Assembly (NCBI RefSeq): GCF_001194135.2
Contig: NC_068992.1
Span: 63,049,664-63,113,663, forward strand
Direction: 5' to 3'
Length of the DNA: 64,000 bases
From: Octopus bimaculoides
Taxonomy: Eukaryota
In this document: positions 39,866-51,780 of the stretch, in pieces
Position numbering within the stretch: position 1 is the first letter of the stretch
Layout: every line of letters begins with the position of its first letter
Position numbers and translations under genes: made by a program
The notes under the pieces: generated by a model
What the model was told of the DNA's origin: nothing
Database searches by the model: none
What the model saw: only the letters and a program-made list of their open reading frames with translations

Positions 39866-40004
39866 CATACAAACACACAAACACACACCCACACCCACAC
39901 ACATGTATGTATCGTCGGTGTATCATATATCCGAAAAAGAAACACACTTCAAAGCATTAAAGCAGTTCTGTATTTTTAAGTAGGTAAGTTCATGTCCGGT
40001 CATA

Positions 40005-40130
40005 GACTGACCAATGGTTTCGCATCTATAAATCACTTCGCAGTATAGATGACTCGTCAAACTCAAATTTGAGTCTGACGAGTCACCTAAACGGCTAAGT
40101 GCTTTATACGTACGAGATCAATGATCGGCC
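40005..40130. ncRNA. Inverted pair of hammerhead-like motifs (- strand 40005-40064; + strand 40071-40130)
   Basis: arms are 45/60 identical by manual ungapped alignment. The - arm reads UUGACGA, 9-bp stem II, GAAA, ACC/GGU stem III, GUC. The + arm reads CUGACGA..GAGA, AUC/GAU stem III, AUC. Confidence 0.6.
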
Positions 40131-40179
40131 TTAACATTTAACTTCCTAACATACATAAATACACCTATACACACACACA

Positions 40180-40243
<64 letters not shown>

Positions 40244-40758
40244 NNNNNNNNNNNNNNNNNNNNNNNNNNNNNNNNNNNNNNNNNNNNNNNNNNNNNNNNN
40301 NNNNNNNNNNNNNNNNNNNNNNNNNNNNNNNNNNNNNNNNNNNNNNNNNNNNNNNNNNNNNNNNNNNNNNNNNNNNNNNNNNNNNNNNNNNNNNNNNNNN
40401 NNNNNNNNNNNNNNNNNNNNNNNNNNNNNNNNNNNNNNNNNNNNNNNNNNNNNNNNNNNNNNNNNNNNNNNNNNNNNNNNNNNNNNNNNNNNNNNNNNNN
40501 NNNNNNNNNNNNNNNNNNNNNNNNNNNNNNNNNNNNNNNNNNNNNNNNNNNNNNNNNNNNNNNNNNNNNNNNNNNNNNNNNNNNNNNNNNNNNNNNNNNN
40601 NNNNNNNNNNNNNNNNNNNNNNNNNNNNNNNNNNNNNNNNNNNNNNNNNNNNNNNNNNNNNNNNNNNNNNNNNNNNNNNNNNNNNNNNNNNNNNNNNNNN
40701 NNNNNNNNNNNNNNNNNNNNNNNNNNNNNNNNNNNNNNNNNNNNNNNNNNNNNNNNNN

Positions 40759-40794
<36 letters not shown>

Positions 40795-41010
40795 TCTTTT
40801 TCTCTTATTCTTTTACTTGGTAGTCATTTGACTGAAGTCATACTGGAGCACCGCCTTTAGTCGACGAGCTTCTTTCAGTTTCCGTCTATCAAATCCACTC
40901 ACAAGGCTTTGGTTGGTCCGACGCTATAGAAGAAAACACTTCCCCTGTGTGCCTCACAGTGAGATTGAACTTGGTATTATGTGGTTGGGAAGCAATCTTC
41001 TTACCACAGG
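40795..41010 (-). mobile_element. SINE family 2, internally deleted
   Basis: tail (ACTGGAGCACCGCCTTTAGTCGA) joined directly to the head region (TTTCAGTTTCCGTCTATCAAATCCACTCACAAGGCTTTGG). Confidence 0.75.
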
Positions 41011-41564
41011 GACCTTGTTTGTTATTTCTAGCAAATTGATTGACCATGTAATAAACCTTCCACGTTAGCGCGTATTGTGAACGAACGCATGCGTATAAAT
41101 ATATATATATATATACATGTGTGTATGGATGTATGAGTGTGTAGTTTATATGTGACGTGTGTGATTGTGTGTATGTGTGGGTGTGCGTTTTGCGTTGTTG
41201 TCTAATATTGCAGACATTTTGTGGAAGTAACAGATGAAGTAATATCCATCGCCCCGCCACCTCCTTCCATCACAAACGTCACCGCCAAAATTGTCACACG
41301 TATTTACTGCTTACATCCGGTAATCATGCATTTATTTCGGCATTTTTTTGAGTTTTAAATTCAATGCAATTTTTCCCATCTTTTCTAATGTTTCTTTCTC
41401 CCTTTATTTTTCTGCATAGTATCTTCTTCTTCTTCTTCTTCTTCTTCTTCTTCTTCTTCTTCTTCTTCTTCTTCACCATTTCTTTTTCACTCCTGTCGCT
41501 AATAAAGTGAAACTCTTCTTGAAAACACGTTCTGAAAGACTAAAACGACAACAAATAAGGAAAA

Positions 41565-41605
<41 letters not shown>

Positions 41606-41801
41606 TAGAGAGAAATATATATATAGAGAAAGAAAGAGAGACAAAAATAGAGAGAAAGAGAGACAGAAATAGAGAGAAAGAGAGATAGAAATAGAGAGAA
41701 ATACATAGAAAGAGAGAGAAAGACATAGAAAGAGAGAGAGAAAGAGAATCCGAGATAGAAAGACACACAGAGCGACAAAGAGAGACAGCAAGAGAAAGAC
41801 A

Positions 41802-41842
<41 letters not shown>

Positions 41843-41848
<6 letters not shown>

Positions 41849-41922
41849 GAGAAACACATAGAGAGAGAAACACATAGAGAGAGAAACACATAGAGAGAGA
41901 AACACATAGAGAGAGAAACACA
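41843..41922 (+). repeat. 16-bp tandem repeat TAGAGAGAGAAACACA x5 within a GA-rich tract
   Basis: direct reading. Confidence 0.9.
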
Positions 41923-42132
41923 TAGAGAGAGATAGAAAGAGAGGCAATCAATTGGCTTCTTCTTTGTTCCTTATTATCTCTCTTGAAACATTAGTGCCAC
42001 CAAAAACTTACAATATGCCTGAAAAGACAGGCTTTAATGGCACTTCGTAGAAAATTACCCTCCATTACTCGAATATAAGAAAATGAGAAATAAATCGAAA
42101 ATCAACAAAAGCGACATCCCTCAAAACTGCAC

Positions 42133-42175
<43 letters not shown>

Positions 42176-42910
42176 TCTCTCCCTCTTACGCACACGCAAG
42201 CACACACACAAATACACACACAGGCATACATGCATATACATAAGTAACTTATTCCGTCCCCTAAATTTACCATTAAAAAAAAATAAAAAACATAATACAG
42301 ATAAAACAAAATTCCAAATACAATTTTACATAAAACAAAACATACAAATCTGTATGTATACATACATACATACATACATACATACAAAAATACCCTGTTG
42401 TTGATGTTGAAATCCCAATGAAGGAACTTTGGATCTGGGTTAGAAACCGGCTTTTTCTCTAATGGCAAAAAATTTTGAAATAAAGCTGGATAATGCCATA
42501 CATACATACATACATACATACATACATACATAGAACACATTTTTTATATAAGGTGACACGAGTCGTACGTATGGACTTCAAGCAGAAACAGAGATGCGTT
42601 TTACAAAAATTTGAACAAATTTACTGATACAATTAAATATAAATATAAATGGTGATATCATAACTATAATGCAGATAGCGATGTGTGTAAGATAATATAT
42701 AGAGGAAAACAGTTTGTGTGTGTGTGTGTGTGTTTGTGTGCGCGTGCGCAGGTGTGTGCGATTTATTTATATATAATTCGTATATTTAATGTGAGGTCAC
42801 TAAATCCAAACTGTAATTTCTTGTCACCGGCGTGTGTGTGTGTATGGGAGGAGGTGAGTGTGTGCGTGTGCATGTACATATACATATGTCTGTAAGAAAT
42901 ATGTATATAT

Positions 42911-42948
<38 letters not shown>

Positions 42949-43823
42949 ACCTGTAAACACACACATATACATATATACCAAATATTTATACACATATTAT
43001 GCATATATACACATATGTTTACATACATACATAATATATATATANNNNNNNNNNNNNNNNNNNNNNNNNNNNNNNNNNNNNNNNNNNNNNNNNNNNNNNN
43101 NNNNNNNNNNNNNNNNNNNNNNNNNNNNNNNNNNNNNNNNNNNNNNNNNNNNNNNNNNNNNNNNNNNNNNNNNNNNNNNNNNNNNNNNNNNNNNNNNNNN
43201 NNNNNNNNNNNNNNNNNNNNNNNNNNNNNNNNNNNNNNNNNNNNNNNNNNNNNNNNNNNNNNNNNNNNNNNNNNNNNNNNNNNNNNNNNNNNNNNNNNNN
43301 NNNNNNNNNNNNNNNNNNNNNNNNNNNNNNNNNNNNNNNNNNNNNNNNNNNNNNNNNNNNNNNNNNNNNNNNNNNNNNNNNTATATACATACATATATAT
43401 ATCATATATATGTATATATACTTACATATGTATATATGGGTATACATATATAAATATGTATCATATATATATATATATATATATAGCTACGTATTCGTGA
43501 ATAACTGCGGTCAACCTGTAGAAGTGTCTAATTAATAACAGTGATAGAAAGACGCCATCTTGCTTTCAGCGTAAGCTAGTCTGTTATTAGAACCAGCAGC
43601 CAATTCTTAAAAATATGAAATGTCTTTCTTTGAATGACAATCTCGCTGTGTATTCTAAGTATTTCCAGACGTTCTGAATTCCTTAATAGCAGTCACGTTC
43701 TCTTTAACGGTAGAATCACAATAACAGATGGAGTCTCAGACAGTGCCATTAGTGCTATCGGTACACCAATATTCTCACCATCAACACCCTCATCATCATT
43801 ATCCTAATTATTATTATTAATGC

Positions 43824-43895
<72 letters not shown>

Positions 43896-44024
43896 CTGAG
43901 GAATTCCAACCACCTTTCGTGGTTCGCTACCTCAATAGCTCCATTATAGGATCCACTGGCTAAAGACATCATCAGGAGGAACCACATCCGGTTTCAGCCC
44001 CTACTCTTCTACCGTTTTCGACGT

Positions 44025-44925
44025 TTCCGCTGAGGTCGACTTTGCCTTTCATCCTTTTGGGGTCGATAAATTAAGTACTAGTTGCGTACTGGGTCGATCT
44101 AATCGACTGGCCCCCTCCCCACAAAATCCTGGTCTTGTGCCTTTAATAGAAAGGATTATTATTATTATTATCATTATTATTGTTGTTGTTGTTGTTGTTG
44201 TTCTTAACGCATTGAACTGGCAGAAACGTTAGCATGGTGAGTAAAATGCTTAACGGTATTTCGTCCGATTTTAAGTTCTGAGTTAAAATTCCGCTGAGGT
44301 CGACTTTGCCTTTCATCCTTTCGGGGTCGATAAATTAAGTACCAGTTGCGTACTGGGGTCGATCTAATCGACTGGACCCCTCCCCAAAATTTCGGGCCTT
44401 GTACCTCGAGTAGAAAAAGAAATTTTCGTCTGTTATGTTCTGAGTTCAAATTCTGCCGAGGTTGACTTTGCTTTTCATCCTTTCGGGGTCGATAAATTAA
44501 GTNNNNNNNNNNNNNNNNNNNNNNNNNNNNNNNNNNNNNNNNNNNNNNNNNNNNNNNNNNNNNNNNNNNNNNNNNNNNNNNNNNNNNNNNNNNNNNNNNN
44601 NNNNNNNNNNNNNNNNNNNNNNNNNNNNNNNNNNNNNNNNNNNNNNNNNNNNNNNNNNNNNNNNNNNNNNNNNNNNNNNNNNNNNNNNNNNNNNNNNNNN
44701 NNNNNNNNNNNNNNNNNNNNNNNNNNNNNNNNNNNNNNNNNNNNNNNNNNNNNNNNNNNNNNNNNNNCTTACCCCCACCTCTCCCGAAATTACTGACTTT
44801 GTTAAAATTTGAAACCGTTATCATAATCATCATCATCATCAACAACATCATTATGAAAGCAGCAAGCTGGTCGAACCGTTAGCACTCGGACAAAATGCTT
44901 ACCGACATTTCGTCCACCTTTACGC
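44025..44925 (+). mobile_element. Tandem cluster of SINE family 1 copies and fragments (44025-44160, 44205-44420, 44430-44502, 44768-44820, 44860-44925)
   Basis: repeated GAGGTCGACTTTGCCTTTCATCCTTT.GGGGTCGATAAATTAAGTAC. Confidence 0.85.
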
Positions 44926-45179
44926 TACGGGTACACACGTCTGTGGAGTGCTCAGCCACTAACATGTTAATTTCACGAGCAGGCTGTTCCGTGGATCGAA
45001 TCAACTGGAACCCTCGTCGTCGTAACCGACGGAGTGCCACGACGATAAGGCATTGTCTTATAGTCAGAATTTCCTGTCTGTGCTTTGTTGGGCATAAAAC
45101 AGTTAAAAACTAAGTATTTTGAGCAATTAAATGTTTCTATTGTTTCAATGTTGTTATTTTATTCCTTCTTACATATATG

Positions 45180-45575
45180 CAGTGTGTTCGGGCTAAATTT
45201 GACAGTTTGTATACAAGAACAAGAAAACACAGGATCCCATCCCAAAATAGAAGCGTTTTGCAAAATATCAAAACATAACATCTCGATTATGACTTGGAGA
45301 TAATAGTTTAATCAAAGTAGCCGCCACCAGCTTCCACCACGACCTCATGACGACTCTGGAATTTGGTGCGTGCGTTCGTCACAGACTTAATGAAAAGTTC
45401 TCCGAACACCACCTTGATCTGGGGTTCTAACTCGGACTTGGTCTTGCAGGCAGAGCAGTTGGTGTCTTTCTTATCCGTGCACCACACATAGTAATTCATG
45501 GGGTTACAAATGGGGGAAATAGAAGGCCAGAAACTGAGGCTGATGAAGTCGTCAAAATATTCCGATAACCATTTC
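45180..45575 (-). mobile_element. maT/DD37D-like Tc1-mariner transposase 3' remnant
   Basis: KWLSEYFDDFISLSFWPSISPICNPMNYYVW..KSEL..IKVVF..FQSRHEVVVEAGGGYFD* matches the WPPNSPDCNPLDY catalytic-domain C-terminus. Confidence 0.75.
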
Positions 45576-45685
45576 GGCTCAACTGGTATATGTCTTATCC
45601 ACCCCAAAAGAATGAAAGGCAAAGTCAACGTCGGCGAAATTTGAACTCAGAACGTAAAGAGGGAAGAAGTGTCACTAAGTATATA

Positions 45686-46470
45686 CAGGGTGCGATGAAT
45701 AAATTGTCGTCTAAATAACGCAGAAAATGAAAATAAGTCTGACAATGACATCGCCATTGGCTTCAACCACGGCCGCCAGACGACTTCGGAATCTCCTGCA
45801 TCTCTTCAAAACGGTCTCTCGTTTATGCTGCCATAATCTTTGCCTTCAGTTCATCTTTGGTGTGGTCTCTCGCTCAACTGCGCCCCCATGCATAATAATC
45901 AAGGGGGGTGCAGTCTGGGGAGTTAAGTGGCCAGATGTTAGGGGTGGTGTGGTCGCAGAAATTGTCTGACAGCCATGTCTGGGTTCTCCTGCTTGTGTGG
46001 CATGGTGCAGAGTCCTGTTGCTAGACATAGGGTCTTCTATCAGCCACGGTCTTGACCCGGGGCAGCACTACCGCCTCCAGGTACTTGATGTAGGCCTCCA
46101 TGTTGAGTCTGAAGCCGTGTGGGAAGATGATGGGAGGCATAACGTCGCCATTACTAGTGATCACTGTAAACACCATGATGTTGACCGGATGTTTGAGTTT
46201 TATCACTTTCGGTACATGTCCTCAGATTACACTGTCCTTGCATTGAAACACAAGCAATCTAAAATGTCCGTATTGGAGCTTCCGGCGCGAATGTCAAGCA
46301 GTACAGCATGTCGTTTTCAAATTTCTGGCAGAATGTATTGCGTCATGGTGCTGTTTTTCTCATAGACAGTGCCCAACTGATCCTACTATATTGTGTTGTC
46401 GACAAAATCAAAGACAAATAAGGCGCATTCGCGAAATTAAAAATATAAAATGGCGATTCCTCGCAGCCTG
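45686..46470 (-). mobile_element. Internally deleted maT/DD37D-like element with both TIRs
   Basis: TA|CAGGGTGCGATGAAT at the left and ATTCCTCGCAGCCTG|TA at the right. The N-terminus MTQYILPEI*KRHAVLLDIRAG is fused to HPVNIMVFTVITSNGDVMPPIIFPHGFRLN..QQDSAPCHT..WPLNSPDC. Confidence 0.85.
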
Positions 46471-47339
46471 TATATATATATATATATATATACACACACA
46501 AATTTTTTTTTACAAAGGCAGTGTTTCATAGTCAGAATTTCCTGTCTGTGCTTTGTTGTACAATTCAATATTGTTTTACCTTCTATTTTGCTAGTGGTTC
46601 TGTTGGCCGCCGCTTTATGTGGGGTTATGTAATGAAAACAAGAGCAAAAACAACAACAACAACAATAGCAAAAAATAGAAAGACATCGTCAGAAACATTG
46701 CCAGAAAAATGGGGGAAAAATGGCCACTTTAAACAGAGACAGGCAGCGACGATAAAGATAATTGGCGCAATACGAACCCAAAATGACTCTTGAACTCAAG
46801 ATTCTGGATATCTGACATCAATCACAGCCATTGGAATCAACACCAGCACCAACACCACCATTCTCTTCTTGTTAACCGACCCGCCACCCCTTAACCAGTG
46901 GCTAGATCTCTACCTAGCAGTATCTACTAATGAACTTCATCGGTCGACAAAAAGTAAAGAAAGGTGGAATCGCTGAATAAATAACAGCCATGATAAATCC
47001 CGAAAAATCAATTCTGAACGAATCGAAAATTGCCGAAAATCCAATATAGCTATTTAAGAATGTTTGCCGTTCCTTTTGTTGATATTTGGTGTGTGTGTGT
47101 GTGTGTGTAGTTAGTGGGGTTGGGGTGGGACAATATACCTATATGTATGTGTGTGTGTGTGTAGTGTGTGTGTAGTGTGGTGCTTGCGTGTTTGAGTGAT
47201 ATCTGTGTGTGTGCGTTTGTATTTGTCTCTCTTTAATCATACTTTCCAGGACATTCTACAATGTGTCTCTCACTTTCTCTGTCTGCCTCTAAGTCAGTCT
47301 GTCAGTTGCTCTCTCTATCTGTCTGTATGTATGTCTGTC

Positions 47340-47378
47340 TGATTGCTTGTTCTCTCTCCCTCCCTCTCTCTCTCTCTA

Positions 47379-47418
<40 letters not shown>

Positions 47419-47939
47419 ATCTCTTTCTCCCTCTATTCTCTCTCTCTGTACTTTTCTCCTTCCCTTTTCTTTCTCTATCTCTCTCCCTCCCTCTATCTTT
47501 ATCTCTTTTTCCCTCTGTCTAGTCTCTCTATGTATCTCTCTCTTTCGCCCTCTCTTTCTACCTTTGTCTCCCTCTCTCTATCTCCATCTCTCTCTCCTTC
47601 TCTTTAGTCTCTCTTTCTATCTTTCTCTTTTTCTCCCTCTCTATCTCTCTCCCTCTCTCTATCTCTATCTTTTCTCCCTCTCTCTGTTCTCTCTGTCTGT
47701 GTCTCTCTCTTTCTCCCTCTCTCTACATCTCTATCTCTTTCTCCCTTTCCCCTCCCTGTCTCCCTGTCTTTCCATCTCTCTCCTGTCTCTATCTCTATCT
47801 TTTTCTCCCTCTATCCCTCCCTCTCTCTATCTCTATCTCTATCGTTTTCTCCCTCTCTCTATTCTCTCTCTGTCTGTATCTCTCTCTGTCTGTATCTCTC
47901 TCTCTCCGTCTTCCTCTTTCTGTATATGTCTCTTTCTCC

Positions 47940-47977
<38 letters not shown>

Positions 47978-48195
47978 ATCTCTATCACTTTCTCCCTCTC
48001 TCTCTTTCTCTCTCTTTTTCTGTTTTTCCCTCTCTCTCTCTCTCTCTCTTTCTATCTCTCTCTCCCTGTCTCTCTATCTCTATCCCTTTTCCCTGTCTTT
48101 CTCTCTCTTCCCTATCTCTATCTCTCTCTTCTTGTCTGTCTCTCTTTCCCTCTTCATCTCTCTCTCTTTCTCTCTCTCTCTCCTCCTTCTCTCCC
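47340..48195 (+). repeat. Long imperfect (CT)-rich polypyrimidine tract
   Basis: direct reading. Confidence 0.9.
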
Positions 48196-48461
48196 GCTCA
48201 ATGGCCACCAGCCACGACAAACACAAGGACTGGCGCTTTGTTTTTGTTTTGCTTTTGGCTTTTGTACTTTTCTATTTCGTTTTGTTTTGTTTTTCGGTTG
48301 ATTCTTTTTATTGGATGAAAAACTTGTGTGATTTGAACGTCGAGGAAGGATGAGAAAGGACGGGGAGGAGGAAGAGGAGGAGGAGGAGGAAGAAGAAGAA
48401 GTAGAAGAAGAAGAAGAAGAAGAAGAAGAAGAAGAAGAAGAAGAAGAAGAAGAAGAAGAAG

Positions 48462-48492
<31 letters not shown>

Positions 48493-48585
48493 GAAAGGTA
48501 TCATGATTATGGTCATTAGTAGCTGCAGCAAAAAAAAATTAATAAAATGCAACTCTAGCTAAAAAAATGCCAGCAAAATAAAACT

Positions 48586-48643
<58 letters not shown>

Positions 48644-48749
48644 GCAACAATAACAAGCGCAACGTCTCAATAAAACTGTGAAAAGAGTGAAGAACAATGA
48701 AGTGTAGATGATGGGAAAGGAACAAATACAGCTGCACAACTTACACAAC

Positions 48750-48803
<54 letters not shown>

Positions 48804-49059
48804 TAATAATAATAATAATAACAGTAACAACAACTGCAATCGCTTATTAACTACTAAAGGTTTACAAAGAGATCGACGATGTTACAACGATACAATGAGG
48901 GATTATATGAAAGAGAAAGTAAAGAGAAAAAGGAATAATTTTTAACAATGAATATTATAATTCTTCCAAACAGGGAAATTTCCAAGGGTTACTGGTGGGA
49001 ATCCCACAAAACCGCAGTTACCCTCACTACTTAGACAAATGCCATCTTTCTGTTGTCCT

Positions 49060-50000
49060 TTTCCAATATACGGGTGCATATTTAGTTTGAGCCCATTCAT
49101 TCGGACCATATTTGCCATTCTCATCTGCAAATTTTCTCTGGGTGGCAGCACTTCCTTCTCCGCTTTCATTTTCCTTTTCAAATGAAACTTGAAAAGATTA
49201 ATGAGAGATTGGCCGAAGAAGATAGTCCCTGTCTTCAACCCTTTCAGTCCCGTCCGACACACAACTTCTTTCATCATGGCTACCAGGCTGCGAGAACCTG
49301 CCTGCTGACCCCATCCAAAGGAAGGTGGGTGGGCGAGCTATCTTCACGAGGGTGTCGGCTGATAGCCAGATCCGTCCTACTCGCGACAGCAGGTGTTCAA
49401 CATAATTTCACAGATCAACAATGGTCGAGCATTGTACAAGTACAGAACGATATCGTCGATCTGCGCGCATCTCGGGCAGGCACGGCTGTCAGCACTAATG
49501 TGCCTGTAGATTTTATCACGGCCCGGCAATGACTTCCGGTAGCACTGTCAAGTCAGAAATTTCTGGAAGTCTCCATGGAAAACGGCCCGAAATTCTCCGG
49601 AAAAGACCAGCCAGTTGATTTTTTTCATGAAAACCCCAGACTTCCCTGACAATGTCTTCGCCCCTACCGCACTAATCCTCTGTAGAACGCCATAATAGAA
49701 TCTCATAAGACCGTATTTCCTGTGGCAGACGACTGTGAGCGCCTGGCAGCACTCAAGATGTCAGGAATCACGCCTCAGTCTACGCTTGATATAGGACTGC
49801 AGCTCAGTAAAAGAGACGAGCTGTGGGGAAGCGCCTCTATCAAACAGCGACCACCGTCAAGGAAATGCTGGTGATATCGTAGCCTCAGCGCATGTCTGCA
49901 CATCATCAGTCACGGTGTTAGAGAAAACTCATGAACAGGAAACGATTATGTAAGATGTCGAGTAAGAAAGGAGGCCTAGTAGATACAACAGCCAAACCTT
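49060..50000 (-). mobile_element. L1/Tx1-like LINE ORF2 C-terminal remnant (zf-RVT-like region)
   Basis: translation with stops and frameshifts QCYRKSLPGRDKIYRHISADSRACPRCAQIDDIVLY..NYVEHLLSRVG resembles the CxxC zinc-finger region after RT in Tx1-like elements. Confidence 0.6.
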
Positions 50001-50694
50001 AAAATTACATGCTACTGCCATTAAAAAAGCGGAGTACATGGTAACATGTAATCATAGATACGCCATGCCCGACAGAAAACAGGATGGCCATGGCATTCCT
50101 CCATGTTCCATCTTGTGATTCTGTATCGTGGTGTGAGCCCTTAACTTTCGATAGGATCGTAGAGCGGGAGCAGTGTTAAAATACAGTGACCCCTTGGGGA
50201 TATGAATAGCTGGGAAACCACATGCCTCTACAGATCTGACAACCATCGATTTCTCGCAAACAGAGGAGTGAAAATGAGTGTGTGTGAGAGAGAGAAAGAG
50301 AAAGAGAAAGTGAGAGAGTGAAAAGCAGAGAAAGAGAGAGAAAAGCGGACAAAAGTCTGAAGTCATTGCTGTCTTAAGAATAATGATAAGAATAACTATT
50401 GTTTCATAGGCAATGTTAGAAATCTTTATTTTCATATACACGGCAAAATCAATGGTGCGTCGAACAAATAAAGTAGTAGTAGATTGACAGAATGCATTGA
50501 ATCTTGAAAAAATTGCGCTGCAATGGCAAAATCGGTAGAGCATGTCAGAGGCGTTCTAGCGATGACAATCGTATCTCTCTCTCTTCATCTCTCTCTCTCC
50601 ATCTCTCTCCATCTCTCTTCTTTCTCTCTCTCCATCTCTCTACTCTCTCTCCTTCCTTGTCCTTTCTTCTCTCTCTCTATATATATATATATAT

Positions 50695-50728
<34 letters not shown>

Positions 50729-50924
50729 TTCTTTAAATGCACGACTATGTTCAAGTCGCATCTTTTCTATTTCAATGTGTTTTCTTTTCATATTTTCTTA
50801 TTAGCATTTTTACAAATGGTTAGGAGCAATAACATTGCTAAAACCCTTATCCGACTTCTCCAGAACTTCAGTCTCGTTTTCAACAATTGATTACATTTGC
50901 TGCCTCTCTGTCTGTTTGTCTCTG

Positions 50925-50965
<41 letters not shown>

Positions 50966-51078
50966 NNNNNNNNNNCTCTCTCCCTCTTTCTCTCTCGCTC
51001 GCTCAGCATATATATATATATATATAGGTAATGTATTAGTTTGCCGCTCGGTAAAGTTTGAAAAAAAAAAGAGAGGGT

Positions 51079-51113
51079 TTTTGACGTTTCGAGCATAACT
51101 CTTCGTCAGAAAA
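51079..51113 (-). ncRNA. Minimal type I hammerhead-like motif with intact core (family A)
   Basis: UUUU-CUGACGA-A-GAG-UUAUG-CUC-GAAA-CGUC-AAAA; palindromic ACGU stem III. Confidence 0.65.
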
Positions 51114-51487
51114 GAAAACGGAAAAGTCCAGAAAAGGAAAGATAACACCATCAGCACGCGTATAGCTACATGATTGAAGTGGATATGTGTATATTCTTTT
51201 ATTCGAAATGCAGAGTAGATGAAACAGGGACAACTGATGAGGGGAAATATTCTTTATGTTTCATGTCTCATTTCTCTGTTTTTTTCGTTGTTCGAAAAAG
51301 AAAGTTTGTTTTCTATGTTTTCGTTTTAATGTTTTCGTTTCTCATTGTGTTTAACGTTTTTTTTTTGTTTTTTTTTGTGTGATGTCCTGTACCCATATAT
51401 GCATGTATATATACATATGGATGTAGATATGTACATATATGTATGTATATATGCATATATTTATATATTATTTATATTATTATATAT

Positions 51488-51780
51488 CGAAGTCGCGTGG
51501 CTCAGTGGGTAGAGCATCGAGCTTACGATCGTGAGGTTATGAATTCGATTCCCGGACCGGGTTGCGTGTTGTGTTCTTGAGCAAGACACTTTATTTCACG
51601 TTGCTCCCGTTAACACAGCTGTAGAAATTAGTTGCGACGTTACTGGTGCCAAGCTGTATCGACCCGTTTGCCTTTCCCTTGGATAGCATCGGTGGCGTGG
51701 AGAGGGAACGCTGGTATGCATGGGCGACTGGTGGTCTTCCTTAAACAAAAACAACCCTAGGTTGTGTGTTCGCCGGTGAG
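51488..51780 (+). mobile_element. SINE family 3, near full length
   Basis: TGGCTCAGTGG A-box, AATTCGATTCC B-box, TTCTTGAGCAAGACACTTTATTTCACGTTGCTCC. Confidence 0.8.

Noticed and set aside
51200-51250. GAAA..25 nt..CUGAUGA as a permuted (type II) hammerhead, also at 34855-34890
   Set aside because: Stem III and the UH site cannot be formed (A15.1 faces G), and stem I is absent.
51488-51560. tRNA-like sequence with A and B boxes
   Set aside because: It continues into SINE family 3 body sequence and has no complete cloverleaf, so it is a SINE head.
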